A DNA stretch of 64,000 nt from an uncultured Nitrospiraceae bacterium. Lineage in GTDB: Bacteria; Nitrospirota; Thermodesulfovibrionia; Thermodesulfovibrionales; UBA6898. The position numbers and the translations under genes were made by a program. Each line of letters begins with the position of its first letter. Position 1 is the stretch's first letter. This document shows, piece after piece, positions 10,173 to 20,620 of this stretch. Location of the stretch: contig CAWEQH010000001.1 in assembly GCA_963811165.1 (NCBI GenBank), positions 480,001 to 544,000 on the forward strand, read 5' to 3'. The notes under the pieces were generated by a model. The model saw only the letters and a list, made by a program, of their open reading frames with translations. It was not told the origin of the DNA and searched no databases.

Positions 10173-11021
10173 TCACAGGTTGACCAGCACGTTGTCTATC
10201 AGGCGGACATCCCCCATCCTGACCGCCACTGCAAGAAGGAGCTCTTTCCTGACCTCATCGGTTTCATCCAATGTTTCGGCGTCGTACACAGATGCATATT
10301 CTATTTTTGTGACGAGTCTCTCTCCGGCGAGCATCTCGCGCATGAGTTCCCTGGTCTTTGCCGGGGTATGAGTTCCCGACCGCAGAGCTTCAGATGCATT
10401 GCTGAGGCACCGGTGTAATACGGTCGCAGCGTGCCGCTGTTGACTGTCGAGGAAAAGGTTCCGGGAACTCATTGCAAGCCCGTCCTGCTCCCGGATGGTC
10501 GGGCAGACGACTATCTCAACGTCGAGGTCAAGGTCTTTTACCATCCTTCTTATGACGGCGGTCTGCTGAAAGTCTTTCTGTCCGAAATAGGCCCTCGTGG
10601 GGTCTGTAATATTGAGAAGTTTCGCAACGACCGTCGTAACGCCCCTGAAATGTCCGGGCCTGAAGGCCCCGCACAGTTTCCCGGATATATTTTCAACCTC
10701 GACATAGGTAGCGAAATTTTTAGGGTACATCAGAGCGCTATCAGGCAGGAATAGGATATCGACTTCCTGCTCGCGGAGTTTCCTGATGTCGTTTTCGGTG
10801 TCTCTTGGATATCTATCAAGGTCTTCGGAAGGGCCGAACTGTGTCGGGTTAAGAAAAATGCTCACTGCCGAGATGTCATTTTCCGTCCTGGCCCTTTTTA
10901 TCAGGCTTATATGTCCTTCATGAAGGGCGCCCATTGTTGGGACCAGTCCCAACGATCTTCCTTTTAATAAATATTTCTTGCAGGTGTCTTGCATGATGCG
11001 CGGTATCCTAATGATCTCCAT
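10173..11021 (-). CDS. panC: Pantoate--beta-alanine ligase
   Basis: VPTMGALHEGH, RPGHFRGV, FGQKDFQQ, DGLAMSSRN, RLIDN. Confidence 0.97.
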   Translation of the reverse strand: MEIIRIPRIMQDTCKKYLLKGRSLGLVPTMGALHEGHISLIKRARTENDISAVSIFLNPTQFGPSEDLDRYPRDTENDIRKLREQEVDILFLPDSALMYPKNFATYVEVENISGKLCGAFRPGHFRGVTTVVAKLLNITDPTRAYFGQKDFQQTAVIRRMVKDLDLDVEIVVCPTIREQDGLAMSSRNLFLDSQQRHAATVLHRCLSNASEALRSGTHTPAKTRELMREMLAGERLVTKIEYASVYDAETLDETDEVRKELLLAVAVRMGDVRLIDNVLVNL

Positions 11022-11164
11022 ATCTCATCCTTTCGCGGTTATTTTATCATAACGAAAAGGTCGGCTGATATTTTGATTCTGGATTTAGATTGACGGGGCT
11101 CCGATTCCATGATAAAAAAATATATATCAACCGGCGACGTGCAAACTGGCCCCGAGGTGGTGCA

Positions 11165-11323
11165 ATGAAATACTATTTCAGCAAAACGCTTACGATGTCG
11201 TTCGAAGAGGGAGTGGATAAGGTCACGGGAGAACTGAAGAAAGAAGGCTTCGGGATTATCACCGAAATTGACGTGAAGGAGACATTAAAAAAAAGCTGGG
11301 AGGTGCATGATGCCTGTACGTGA
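11165..11323 (+). pseudogene. Truncated DUF302-family gene (N-terminal ~45 aa only)
   Basis: MKYYFSKTL...LKKEGFGIITEIDVKETLKK with GAGGTG RBS, then runs directly into the osmC RBS. Confidence 0.65.
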
Positions 11324-11738
11324 AGCAGAAGCGGTTTGGGATGGGAATTTGCTTAAGGGAAAAGGGAAGATGAAATTCGGAAGCGGGGCCTTTGAAGGGG
11401 CCTATTCCTTTTCTTCAAGGTTCGAGTCCGGCCAGGGCACAAATCCGGAGGAACTGATAGGTGCGGCGCATGCCGGATGTTTTTCGATGGCCCTATCCCT
11501 TTTTCTCGAGAAGGCGGGTTTTGTCCCGGAACACATTCGCACAAGGGCAAGGGTGCATATAGACAAGGCAGGGGACGGGTTTAAGATAACCGTTATCGAA
11601 CTTGATACGGAGGCGAAGGTGTCGGGGATCGATGAGAAAAAATTCCTGGAACTTGCCGATGCGACCAAGAAGGGCTGTCCGGTCTCGGTAGCACTAAGCG
11701 GCGCCGAAATAAGGTTGAAGGCCAAGCTGATAAGTTAA
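11307..11738 (+). CDS. osmC: OsmC peroxiredoxin
   Basis: AEAVWDG, YSFSSRFE, TNPEELIGAAHAGCFSMAL, CPVSVAL. Confidence 0.95.
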   Translation: MMPVREAEAVWDGNLLKGKGKMKFGSGAFEGAYSFSSRFESGQGTNPEELIGAAHAGCFSMALSLFLEKAGFVPEHIRTRARVHIDKAGDGFKITVIELDTEAKVSGIDEKKFLELADATKKGCPVSVALSGAEIRLKAKLIS

Positions 11739-11789
11739 TAGAATACACTAATTAGTTTCTGTTCTTAAACTTTATATTGCAAAAAATGC

Positions 11790-11930
11790 TGTCATTCCCG
11801 CAATCCCGAATGTTTTCGGGAGGTCGGGAATCCTTCAACCCCCTCTATCCCCCTTATCAGGGGGACGAGAGTAATTCCCTCCCCTGAAAAGGGGAGGCTG
11901 GGAGGGGTTGCCGGACAAGACATAATGATA
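11790..11930. repeat. Nested palindromic (REP-like) repeat cluster between convergent genes
   Basis: Outer GTCATTCCCG..CGGGAATCC...CCGGACAAG..AATGA; inner hairpin TCCCGAA/TTCGGGA; inner element 11837-11909 AACCCC...GGGGTT with internal hairpins. Confidence 0.65.
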
Positions 11931-11977
11931 GATGAGCAAAGTATGCTAAAGAACTGTTTGCCATCAAAGGAAAACGA

Positions 11978-12880
11978 TCAGGAGGTACCGGGTTTGGCCG
12001 GCACCTCGCTTTTTGCGCAGGGCTTCCCGATAAGGACGGATGATTCCGAATGGCCTAATAGTCTTCTGGAGACGCTGCCCATCATCCCCTTGATCCCCCT
12101 TAAGCCTCTGCAGCCTACTGCGGTCATGTCGGGTTCGAGGGTCTTTTCCATCATCAGTATTTCCCTCGATGGATCTCCGATCCTCAGCAGATAGTCGATC
12201 TTCTCGAACCTGCCGCCCAGATACATCTTTGCCTGTTCGAATATCTTTTCCGATTCATGGTAGGTGGAGGGCCTTCCTGCTAGCTGTTCCCCCGTCTCCT
12301 TCAGGTACTTTTCCGGGATATCCGAGATGAAAGCAGAAGAGGCGTGCATGACAGTAATCTCTGTTTCGGGCGACAGCGGCAGTGCCGCCATAAATTTTCC
12401 CGCCTCCCCGGCGATCTCCGAGCCGTCTGTTGCGAAAAGGACTTTCATTGGCCCCAATGCCTTCCAGGAGGGCCGCTTGAAGACGAGGACCGGCTTGGGC
12501 GAATTAATTGTCACCGCTCTTGTTGCGCTCCCCAAAAAAAGCAATTCGACCCCTTTTACTCCCCTTGCGCCCATTACGATAAGATCGCTTTCGTAAGCGA
12601 TCGCCTTTTCTATAATAGTGGTATCGGGATAACCGCCTTCCTCAACCGTCGTTATCTCAGCCGCGACGGACTTTAATATGTCGGCAGATGTCTTAAGTAT
12701 CTTTGGCGCTACACGTTTGATCATGAGCTTGATCTGAGCATGATAGTCGTCGTCGTAAGGGACTTCGCTTATTACGTGAAGGACTACGATCTCGTCCGTC
12801 TTTGAGAAGTCAAAACGGGACAAAAATCTCGCCGCCCCTTCCGAGTGTTCGGACCCATCGGTAGCAAGTAATACCTTCAT
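11978..12880 (-). CDS. Tandem-domain universal stress protein
   Basis: Two MKVL.ATDGSE repeats; MGARG..G...LGS and VGCRG..G...MGSVS; start moved to MKVLL. Confidence 0.92.
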   Translation of the reverse strand: MKVLLATDGSEHSEGAARFLSRFDFSKTDEIVVLHVISEVPYDDDYHAQIKLMIKRVAPKILKTSADILKSVAAEITTVEEGGYPDTTIIEKAIAYESDLIVMGARGVKGVELLFLGSATRAVTINSPKPVLVFKRPSWKALGPMKVLFATDGSEIAGEAGKFMAALPLSPETEITVMHASSAFISDIPEKYLKETGEQLAGRPSTYHESEKIFEQAKMYLGGRFEKIDYLLRIGDPSREILMMEKTLEPDMTAVGCRGLRGIKGMMGSVSRRLLGHSESSVLIGKPCAKSEVPAKPGTS

Positions 12881-13022
12881 GTCATCACCCCTTGGCCCCA
12901 TCTTATCACGGAATCTGTAAGAGGTATATGAGTGAGTATGCGGGTGAGGAAGTAAGTTTCGGAAAGACACCTGCATGACGCCTCTACACATCCTGTGAGG
13001 GCGTTGAGGCGGCCCGGTCCCG

Positions 13023-14087
13023 TCAATTTTTGTCTTGTTCTCTTATTTCTTCCATCAGCGCCTTAAGAAGTTCCTTCTCCTTGAGCCTCTTTACGATCTT
13101 GCCCTTCCGAAAGAGCAGTCCCGTTCCTTTTCCGCCGGCAATCCCGACATCGGCCTCTCTTGCCTCGCCGGGGCCGTTTACAATACAGCCCATCACCGCC
13201 ACCGTTATCGGCTTTTTAATATCCCTAAGCAGGGTTTCGACTTCACCCGCAAGCCCCCGGATGTCGACCTCGCACCTGCCGCAGGTCGGGCAGGAGACGA
13301 TGTTTGCCCCCCTTTCCCTAAGGCCCAGCGATTTGAGAATTTCATAGGCTACCCGCACTTCCTCCGCGGGGTCCGAAGAAAGTGAGACCCGAACAGTATC
13401 GCCGATGCCTTCCGAAAGAAGGATGCCGAGACCTACTGAACTCTTGATTATCCCGGTGAACGAAGGGCCCGCCTCCGATATCCCGATGTGAAGGGGATAT
13501 CGAAACTTTTTGGAAAACAGCCGGTATGCCTCCACCGTGGTAGGAACATTTGACGCCTTAAGAGAAACTTTTATGTTCCTGAAATTTGCCGCCTCCAGTA
13601 TCTCTATATGTTCCGCAGCGCTTTCAACGAGCGCCTCAGGGGACGGATGAGTGAATTTTGCCAGCAGTTTCTTCGAGAGGGAGCCTGCATTGACCCCGAT
13701 CCTTATAGGGATGCCTCTGTCGTTGGCTGCTGAAACGACTTCTTCGACTTTCCATCTCGCTCCGATATTGCCGGGATTGATCCTGAGACCGTCAACTCCC
13801 TGGCGAACGGCTTCCAGGGCCAGTCTCCAGTCAAAATGAATATCGGCAATGATCGGGATGGTGACGCGGGCCTTTATTTTCCCCAGGGCCTTTGCCGCGT
13901 CGATGTCGGGCACCGCAATCCTTATGATTTCGCATCCCGCTTCTTCCAGGATACAGATCTGTCTGACCGTTGATTTTACATTCCTCGTGTTCGTCTTTGT
14001 CATCGACTGGACAGAGATCGGGAATCCGCCCCCGACCGCCACCGTGCCGACATGAATGACTTTTGTTTTTTTTCTTTTCTTTATCAC
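13023..14087 (-). CDS. ispG: (E)-4-hydroxy-3-methylbut-2-enyl-diphosphate synthase
   Basis: VQSMT, ADIHF, RINPGN, RIGVNAGS, SCPTCGR, MGCIVNGPGE. Confidence 0.97.
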   Translation of the reverse strand: MIKKRKKTKVIHVGTVAVGGGFPISVQSMTKTNTRNVKSTVRQICILEEAGCEIIRIAVPDIDAAKALGKIKARVTIPIIADIHFDWRLALEAVRQGVDGLRINPGNIGARWKVEEVVSAANDRGIPIRIGVNAGSLSKKLLAKFTHPSPEALVESAAEHIEILEAANFRNIKVSLKASNVPTTVEAYRLFSKKFRYPLHIGISEAGPSFTGIIKSSVGLGILLSEGIGDTVRVSLSSDPAEEVRVAYEILKSLGLRERGANIVSCPTCGRCEVDIRGLAGEVETLLRDIKKPITVAVMGCIVNGPGEAREADVGIAGGKGTGLLFRKGKIVKRLKEKELLKALMEEIREQDKN

Positions 14088-14142
14088 GTCTTTGTCCTTA
14101 TGTATTTTTTCTCTTGCTCATTAAGATTTCAACTTTTTGATG

Positions 14143-15147
14143 CTATCCTTCCGCATTCAGTTTCTTTTTGTCTCTGTATGCCTTTACCGCCTCCGTGTGC
14201 TGGCCGAGCGTCACGGAAAAAATGTGGGTGCCGTCGTTGTTGGATACAAAATATAAGTAGGGAACATTTGCCGGATTCAGGGCCGCGATAATCGATTTCA
14301 GGCCGGGGGAGGCGATCGGCCCAGGCGGCAACCCGTTTATCACATAAGTATTGTAAGGGGTTTTCCTTTGGAGGTCCGCCTTCGTAATTTTTTCTTTCGA
14401 ACTCTTTATCCCATATATGCTTGTGGGATCCGCCTGTAGCAGCATCTGCTTATGAAGCCTGTTATGGTATACGGCCGAGATCAAAGGCCTTTCACTGTCC
14501 ACTACCGCTTCTTTTTCTATGATCGAGGCAAGGGTCAATACCTCTGTTTCGGTCATGCCCATCTTTTCAGCCTCCGCACTCAGTTTCCCTGAATATTTCT
14601 CCCGCATCCTGTCTATCATGATCCCGATGGCGTCTTTTGCCTTCACCCCTTTGGCGATCATGTAGGTGTCTGGAAATATAAAGCCTTCAATGCTCGGGGC
14701 CTCTATTTTGTAAGAAGACAGAAACTCCCGGTCCTTTGATATCGTCATCACTTCATCGTAGGTTGCGACCCCTGCTTTTGAAAAAGCAGCCGCAATCTCA
14801 GGCAGGGAGTCGCCTTCAAGGACCTTGACCTCGTATTCGATTATCCGTCCCTTGCGGATGATCTTGAAGATATCCCATGGGCTCATGTTTGACCATATCG
14901 AATAAAAGCCGGCCCGGATCTTTCTGTCCGCACCCGTCAGTCTGCCAAGCAGGAGGAATATCTTTTTGTCCCTGATCAGTTTCTGATCTGAAAGGATGTC
15001 GACTGCCTGTCTGAACGTCGCGCCCTTTGGGATCTCGATTTCCGTGTTCTTAGTTGCATTCTGGGCAGGAACGAACATCTCGAAAGCCGCATAGAGAAGG
15101 GTCATAAAAATAATGGCCGTGAAGATGATAACAACGTTTTTCTTCAT
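14143..15147 (-). CDS. mltG: Endolytic transglycosylase MltG
   Basis: N-terminal TM, EGFIFPDTY, LASIIEKE, LQADPT, YNTY..GLPPGPIASPG. Confidence 0.95.
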   Translation of the reverse strand: MKKNVVIIFTAIIFMTLLYAAFEMFVPAQNATKNTEIEIPKGATFRQAVDILSDQKLIRDKKIFLLLGRLTGADRKIRAGFYSIWSNMSPWDIFKIIRKGRIIEYEVKVLEGDSLPEIAAAFSKAGVATYDEVMTISKDREFLSSYKIEAPSIEGFIFPDTYMIAKGVKAKDAIGIMIDRMREKYSGKLSAEAEKMGMTETEVLTLASIIEKEAVVDSERPLISAVYHNRLHKQMLLQADPTSIYGIKSSKEKITKADLQRKTPYNTYVINGLPPGPIASPGLKSIIAALNPANVPYLYFVSNNDGTHIFSVTLGQHTEAVKAYRDKKKLNAEG

Positions 15148-15212
15148 ATGAGTAGCATGACAAAAGAGACCAAAAAATTGCAAAGGAAGACAGCGGAATC
15201 CCTCATCTATAA

Positions 15213-15472
15213 TCAGAATCTCTTTGGCTCAGAGCCCAGCCTATTGCTAAATATCACGGCTGATGGCGTAGATTTGCGAGAGGTTGCAATGATAGCTGAG
15301 AAATCAAGATCCATCGTTAGTATTGTTCTCTGTTCACTTTCAGCAATATCAACAATCTCTCTGTCTTTTGCCTTAGATAATCCTCTTTCACTTATTCGGT
15401 AAACGTCATGCCCCAGGGGCGAAGATGCGAGAATGTCTTAGGCGAAATCGGCATATCCGCCAGGAACTTCAT
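15213..15472 (-). pseudogene. DUF5615 PIN-like toxin, frameshifted (~15415) and apparently C-terminally shortened
   Basis: Manual: MKFLADMPISPKT..HLR/LGHDVYRISERGLSKAKDREIVDIAESEQRTILTMDLDF; ATGA overlap with the DUF433 gene. Confidence 0.7.
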
Positions 15473-15708
15473 TTATGGCTACCGGATATAGCCACATTTT
15501 TTTCGCTTGCAAGCCATGCGGCATACTCAATGCATTGCCTGATGTCTGCCTCCTCTATTTCGGGGTAATCGGCGATAATTTCCGCATGAGTTTTGCCCGC
15601 CGCAAGAAGCTTAAGGATAAGGGTTACCGGTATTCTCATCCCCCTTACGCACGGCTGCCCTTGAAATACTTCAGGGTCGATTGATATACGGTCCAAGGTT
15701 TTAAACAT
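15469..15708 (-). CDS. DUF433-family antitoxin
   Basis: RISIDPEVFQGQPCVRGMRIPV..IL..LAAG...EIIADYP. Confidence 0.9.
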   Translation of the reverse strand: MFKTLDRISIDPEVFQGQPCVRGMRIPVTLILKLLAAGKTHAEIIADYPEIEEADIRQCIEYAAWLASEKNVAISGSHK

Positions 15709-16229
15709 TTCTGCCTCCTTACTGCTATTTTAACAGCATCGCTCTATAAGTTTCCCGGCACTGGTATCAGCAGACTGTGGTGGGCGAAGTCAAAGTATAT
15801 CCTCTGCCCGGTTCGCCCGCCGATAACTCCGGGACTTCCCCGTTAGATACTTAAGGCCTGCATTGTATAGTTACAGTTACCCTCTTCAAACTTCCCAAAT
15901 ACAAAGATGCAAGGCCTGACCCCGCCATAACATGCTATCAACGGCATCCGAAAAAACGACGGAAAATTTGAGGTAGGATTTTGTACGGGTTCCACCGACT
16001 CAACACTGGCATTATTTTGACAGGGTAATAGTTATCATTCGGAACCTATCGTCCGCCCGATTGCGGCTGTTTGCGGAGTACATGTCGTTATCCCCAAATT
16101 TCTGAATGAGAAGAGAGACCCATTCGGCCGGAGCAATTTGCCCCCGTGTAGTTATGCCGCTCACAGGCGGGCTCAATAGCACCTATCCTCTCTTTAAATT
16201 CGTTAGAGTTCTATTTTCCGGTTGCTTAT

Positions 16230-17237
16230 TTACGGATAATAAATAAAAAACCAATTACAAGTGATATGCGAGTCTCCGTTTGCGATGCTGGTATATATCG
16301 TTGATTCGTTACCAACGAGAGTTTCGGGATCGAGTCTTGTAAATTTATTCTGAGAGATCCGGAGCCATGGAACCACTTGGCCGGCGGGCATATCAATTGT
16401 AAGGGGGGGCTTACCTGGTGCTATCATTTTATAATCCGGCAAAGGCAGATTTCCTTCGCCCCAGTAATACCCCGGGCCCTCGTCAGAAACAACCAGCTGG
16501 TTCGGTTGCGAATAGGGTGGGGCCATCTCCATGTATGTATTCCCGGCTTCAGTGAGTCTCACGCCCGCGGAGTCGATTAATACGGTCACCCAATAGGTAA
16601 GGATGCCATCCCAGAGCTGGTAGACACCAGGAGGGTCAGAGGTATCATTATATCTGCCGAAAGTCGCCCCACCTGTCATGTCCCATACTGTCAGTTGAGT
16701 TGCACCCCCCAGAGAGGCTGTCATCTCAACATGGCAATGTGAAGTGCCCTTCCAGACGTCTTTCATCGGCAATAGTTCGACCAGTTCCACATCATAGGCG
16801 GATTCAGTTGCCGCGACGGTTCTCCCCGGGCCGTTGTCGGCAGCAGTTGACGTGGAGCTGACTTGCCGGGTCGAAACCAACTGGAGAGTTACGGAATAGA
16901 TGTTCGAGCCCCAGAGCAGGGATGGAATACTCAGTACGGTCGAGGCATCACTCATTACCAGTACTGACTCCACAGCGCACGCCTGTGATGTCGGGTGTAT
17001 GCCCGCGAGCGTAAATGATGCGGTCTTACCCGAAAGATTCAGACTAAGCAACCGAAGATCTAGGGCATAAAGGCTGTCACGAAATCTTACGACCGGAATA
17101 TGGGCGACCATGTCAGACGATACGGTCGCATTGCACGCCGGGTCGACTGCTGCATGTGCGCTAAAAGGTAGGCCGCAACAGAATGCAATAATCAGGAAAT
17201 AAAGAATTGTGAGAACTCTGCTCTTTTTTGCTTTCAC
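16230..17237 (-). CDS. Hypothetical secreted protein with two N-terminal repeat-like beta modules
   Basis: Signal peptide ending AHA; long open frame with AGGAG RBS. Confidence 0.6.
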   Translation of the reverse strand: MKAKKSRVLTILYFLIIAFCCGLPFSAHAAVDPACNATVSSDMVAHIPVVRFRDSLYALDLRLLSLNLSGKTASFTLAGIHPTSQACAVESVLVMSDASTVLSIPSLLWGSNIYSVTLQLVSTRQVSSTSTAADNGPGRTVAATESAYDVELVELLPMKDVWKGTSHCHVEMTASLGGATQLTVWDMTGGATFGRYNDTSDPPGVYQLWDGILTYWVTVLIDSAGVRLTEAGNTYMEMAPPYSQPNQLVVSDEGPGYYWGEGNLPLPDYKMIAPGKPPLTIDMPAGQVVPWLRISQNKFTRLDPETLVGNESTIYTSIANGDSHITCNWFFIYYP

Positions 17238-17412
17238 TTATTTCTCCTTTGTAAGGAACATTAAGAAAAGAGACGATGGTCCCGCGGATGATCCTTTGAC
17301 ATGCTTGTCACACGGCGTGACCTCCCCAGAAATCTTCACAACTCTGTCTATACTATGTATGCTAATAACTTGCGCCTTGCCTTTATTTATCACAAGGGGA
17401 GTCTTAAAGTCA

Positions 17413-17447
17413 AGCATATCCGAGAAGCATATCCGAGCATATCCGAG
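17413..17447. repeat. Three near-tandem copies of AGCATATCCGAG
   Basis: Copies start at 17413, 17426 and 17436. Confidence 0.75.
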
Positions 17448-17539
17448 AAGTTTGTTCGATGTTTTTTTACTTGGAATTTTAATTTCGTTTGTGCTTTAGA
17501 AATATCTTTTCGAATATCATAGTAAACTGATCGGAGGGC

Positions 17540-17575
17540 AAAAAAAAGGCGGGGAAAATGTCCCCGCCTTTTTTT
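17540..17575. terminator. Intrinsic (bidirectional) terminator after groEL
   Basis: A8-GGCGGGGA-aaatg-TCCCCGCC-T7. Confidence 0.9.
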
Positions 17576-17596
17576 CGATCTGTATTCGAAAGTGGA

Positions 17597-19231
17597 TTAA
17601 TACATTCCGCCCATGCCGCCGCCCGGAGGCATGGCAGGCATTTCAGGTTTTTCTTCAGGAAGATCCGTGATCATTACGGAGGTGGTGAGCATAAGAGAGG
17701 CGACCGAAGCCGCATTCTGGAGGGCATATCTCGTCACCTTTGTCGGATCGATGATACCGCTTTTGAGCATATCTACATACTCTTCGCTAGCAGCGTTAAA
17801 GCCGTAGTTTGCATCTTTTGAGCTCTTGACCTTGTCGACGATCACCGACGGCTCCAATCCGGTGTTATTGATGATCTGCCGGATCGGCTCTTCGAGCGCC
17901 CTCTTTAAGATATCCACGCCTACAGTCTGGTCATGGTTGTCGAGCTTCAGGTTTTTGAGAGCGCCTATGCACCGAAGCAGAGCAACTCCGCCGCCCGGGA
18001 CAACGCCTTCTTCTACGGCTGCCCTTGTTGCGTGGAGCGCGTCTTCTACCCTTGCCTTCTTCTCTTTCATCTCGGTCTCCGTTGCAGCTCCTACGTTGAT
18101 GACCGCTACTCCGCCGACTATTTTCGCAAGGCGTTCCTGGAGCTTTTCCTTGTCGTAATCGGACGTGGTCTCATCGATCTGGGCCTTGATCTGTTTTACC
18201 CTGCCCTGGATCTTTGCCGGGTCTCCCGCACCTTCGACGATTGTCGTGTTTTCCTTGTCTACGGTGATCTTCTTCGCCTTTCCAAGGTCATTGATCTTTA
18301 CGCTTTCGAGTTTGATTCCGAGGTCCTCTGAGATCACCGTGCCGCCGGTGAGGATCGCGATGTCTTCAAGCATCGCCTTTCTCCTGTCGCCGAAGCCCGG
18401 CGCCTTGACTGCGCATACCTGGATCGTGCCTCTGAGTTTGTTGACGACCAGGGTCGCAAGGGCCTCGCCCTCGACTTCTTCTGAGATGATCATGAGAGGC
18501 TTGCCCATCTTCGCGGTCTGCTCGAGGATCGGGAGAAGGTCTTTCATCGAGGAGATCTTCTTTTCATTGAGGAGGATGAAGACGTCTTCGAGATTGCACT
18601 CCATCCTGTCGGGGTCTGTGATGAAGTAGGGTGAAATATAGCCCCTGTCAAACTGCATCCCTTCCACTACGTCGAGGGCCGTCACCATGCTCTTTGCCTC
18701 TTCGACCGTGATGACGCCGTCCTTGCCGACTTTATCCATCGCATCGGCGATCAGTTCGCCGATCGTAGGGTCATTGTTTGCGGAGATGGTGCCGACCTGT
18801 GCGATCTCTTTCTTGTCCTGAACCGGCTTGCTGATCTTTTTAAGCTCTGCGACGACCGCGTCGACTGCTTTTTCAATGCCCCTTTTAATGTCCATCGGGT
18901 TTGAACCGGCTACAACGTGCTTGATCCCGCCGCTGTAAATCGCATGGGCCAGGACGGTCGCTGTCGTTGTTCCGTCGCCTGCGACATCCGAAGTCTTGCT
19001 CGCTACTTCTCTTACGAGCTGAGCGCCCATGTTTTCATAAGGGTCTTTCAGCTCGATTTCTTTTGCAACCGTGACGCCGTCTTTTGTGATAGTGGGAGCG
19101 CCATATTTTTTGTCGATGATGACATTTTTGCCCTTCGGGCCGAGGGTGGCCTTGACCGCATTGGTGAGCATGGTGATGCCCCGTAATATTGTGGTCCTTG
19201 CCTCCTCATCAAATAGAAGCTGTTTTGCCAT
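17597..19231 (-). CDS. groL: Chaperonin GroEL
   Basis: [17 protein letters not shown] tail. Confidence 0.99.
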   Translation of the reverse strand: MAKQLLFDEEARTTILRGITMLTNAVKATLGPKGKNVIIDKKYGAPTITKDGVTVAKEIELKDPYENMGAQLVREVASKTSDVAGDGTTTATVLAHAIYSGGIKHVVAGSNPMDIKRGIEKAVDAVVAELKKISKPVQDKKEIAQVGTISANNDPTIGELIADAMDKVGKDGVITVEEAKSMVTALDVVEGMQFDRGYISPYFITDPDRMECNLEDVFILLNEKKISSMKDLLPILEQTAKMGKPLMIISEEVEGEALATLVVNKLRGTIQVCAVKAPGFGDRRKAMLEDIAILTGGTVISEDLGIKLESVKINDLGKAKKITVDKENTTIVEGAGDPAKIQGRVKQIKAQIDETTSDYDKEKLQERLAKIVGGVAVINVGAATETEMKEKKARVEDALHATRAAVEEGVVPGGGVALLRCIGALKNLKLDNHDQTVGVDILKRALEEPIRQIINNTGLEPSVIVDKVKSSKDANYGFNAASEEYVDMLKSGIIDPTKVTRYALQNAASVASLMLTTSVMITDLPEEKPEMPAMPPGGGMGGMY

Positions 19232-19275
19232 AATGTTTTTCCTCCTGAATAATGGTTATGTACTATAGTGTAATT

Positions 19276-19539
19276 TTATCCCTCGACGATGCCGAGAATG
19301 TCTTCTTCTTTGATGATCAGATATTCGTTGTTGTCGATATTGACCTTTGATCCGGAATATTTGTCAAAGAGGATGGTATTGCCGACCTTTACCTCTTTCA
19401 CCTCTGAACCGACCGCCTCGACCAGGCCCTTCTGGGGTTTTTCCTTTGCCGAATCCGGGATGTAAAGTCCGCCCGGGGTCCTTTCCCCCTCTTCGGTGTA
19501 CTTTACAAATACCCTATCTTTGAGTGGCTTGAATTTCAT
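19276..19539 (-). CDS. groS: Co-chaperonin GroES
   Basis: MKFKPLKDRV..GGLYIPDSAKEKPQ..EEDILG. Confidence 0.97.
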   Translation of the reverse strand: MKFKPLKDRVFVKYTEEGERTPGGLYIPDSAKEKPQKGLVEAVGSEVKEVKVGNTILFDKYSGSKVNIDNNEYLIIKEEDILGIVEG

Positions 19540-19579
19540 AGACTCTTCTCCTTTCTGAATAGTTCTTGTTTTGGGATTG

Positions 19580-19606
19580 TTAGCACTCAATGCGAGTGAG
19601 TGCTAA
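19580..19606. promoter_or_regulatory. CIRCE element (HrcA operator)
   Basis: Exact TTAGCACTC-N9-GAGTGCTAA upstream of groES. Confidence 0.97.
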
Positions 19607-19714
19607 TATACTAAAAAAAGGAAGGTTTAGGCAAGTTCTTTTTTACGAAGAATAATTTAGGAAAACCGGCTATTACTAAATAAAGCTCTCAATTTATTTG
19701 ATTTTTCGATGAAA

Positions 19715-20620
19715 TCATGAGATGGCTTTTTTTCTTGCGGAGATAAAATTTTCTATGGCTTCCTTATAGAAGTCCGCGATATGTCTCACTTCCGGAAGAA
19801 TTCTTTGATCATATAATTTCTTCCCTTCCCTCAATTCAGGCGCAAAAACGGCATAAAAGTTATTGTTCCGGATGGCCGCATCAAGTTTGGCGGAGTTATA
19901 TAAATAGATGTCATTTATGATCGTCCGGGCAAGCCTTTTTGCCTTTTCAACTTTTTCGTCAGAGAATCCCGAGGCAGAGACAGGCTCTTTTGCGACGGGT
20001 TCGGTCTTCACCTCAGGCTTTTTGACCTGGGCGCGGTCGATGTCCGGGCGGGGCGGTCCCTCGGCCTTTTCCTCCCCCCGGATTTCCCCGAGCCTGTCGA
20101 CCTTGTCGACAAGCTGCGTTGAAAGATCATGGTCCTCAATGTAGTCATCCGCTCCGTAGAGGGAAACGGGCTCTCTCCTGTACTTGTTTCTGTCGTATAT
20201 CGAAGGGACAAGTATGAATTTCATTCCCTTTGTCTCTGCTCTCATCTTTAATCTCTTGCAGATCTCGAAGCCGTATATCTTTGGAAGAGCGACTTCAACA
20301 ATGCCGAGGAAGGGGTATTCTTTTAATGCTTTGACCATCATGTCTATGCCGTCAGCAGCAGTTACGACGGTGTAGCCGTGACCGCTCAGCAAGGAGACTA
20401 TTGTTCTGAGAGTTTCAGGATTCGAATGGGCGACGAGTATTTTTTTGCCGTCAAGGGTTTTCTTCGGCTGTGCCGCAGGCTGTTTTACCACGAGCACGGC
20501 GCTGCATTTAGGACATTTGAACTTAGAGCCCTCAGGGGAGAGTTTCGAATCATCTACCTTAAGGCGTACCTTGCATTTAGGACATATCACTACCACGTCT
20601 GGTTCCTCCTTGGCAGCCAC
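19715..20620 (-). CDS. Zinc-ribbon (MJ0042-like) + atypical receiver domain protein
   Basis: CPKC...CPKC; REC fold with E at the phospho-Asp position (GIVEVALP); C-terminal AKRLARTIINDIYLYN domain. Confidence 0.8.
   Translation of the reverse strand: MAAKEEPDVVVICPKCKVRLKVDDSKLSPEGSKFKCPKCSAVLVVKQPAAQPKKTLDGKKILVAHSNPETLRTIVSLLSGHGYTVVTAADGIDMMVKALKEYPFLGIVEVALPKIYGFEICKRLKMRAETKGMKFILVPSIYDRNKYRREPVSLYGADDYIEDHDLSTQLVDKVDRLGEIRGEEKAEGPPRPDIDRAQVKKPEVKTEPVAKEPVSASGFSDEKVEKAKRLARTIINDIYLYNSAKLDAAIRNNNFYAVFAPELREGKKLYDQRILPEVRHIADFYKEAIENFISARKKAIS

Noticed and set aside
17413..17447. CRISPR array
   Set aside because: 12-bp units without spacers; no cas genes
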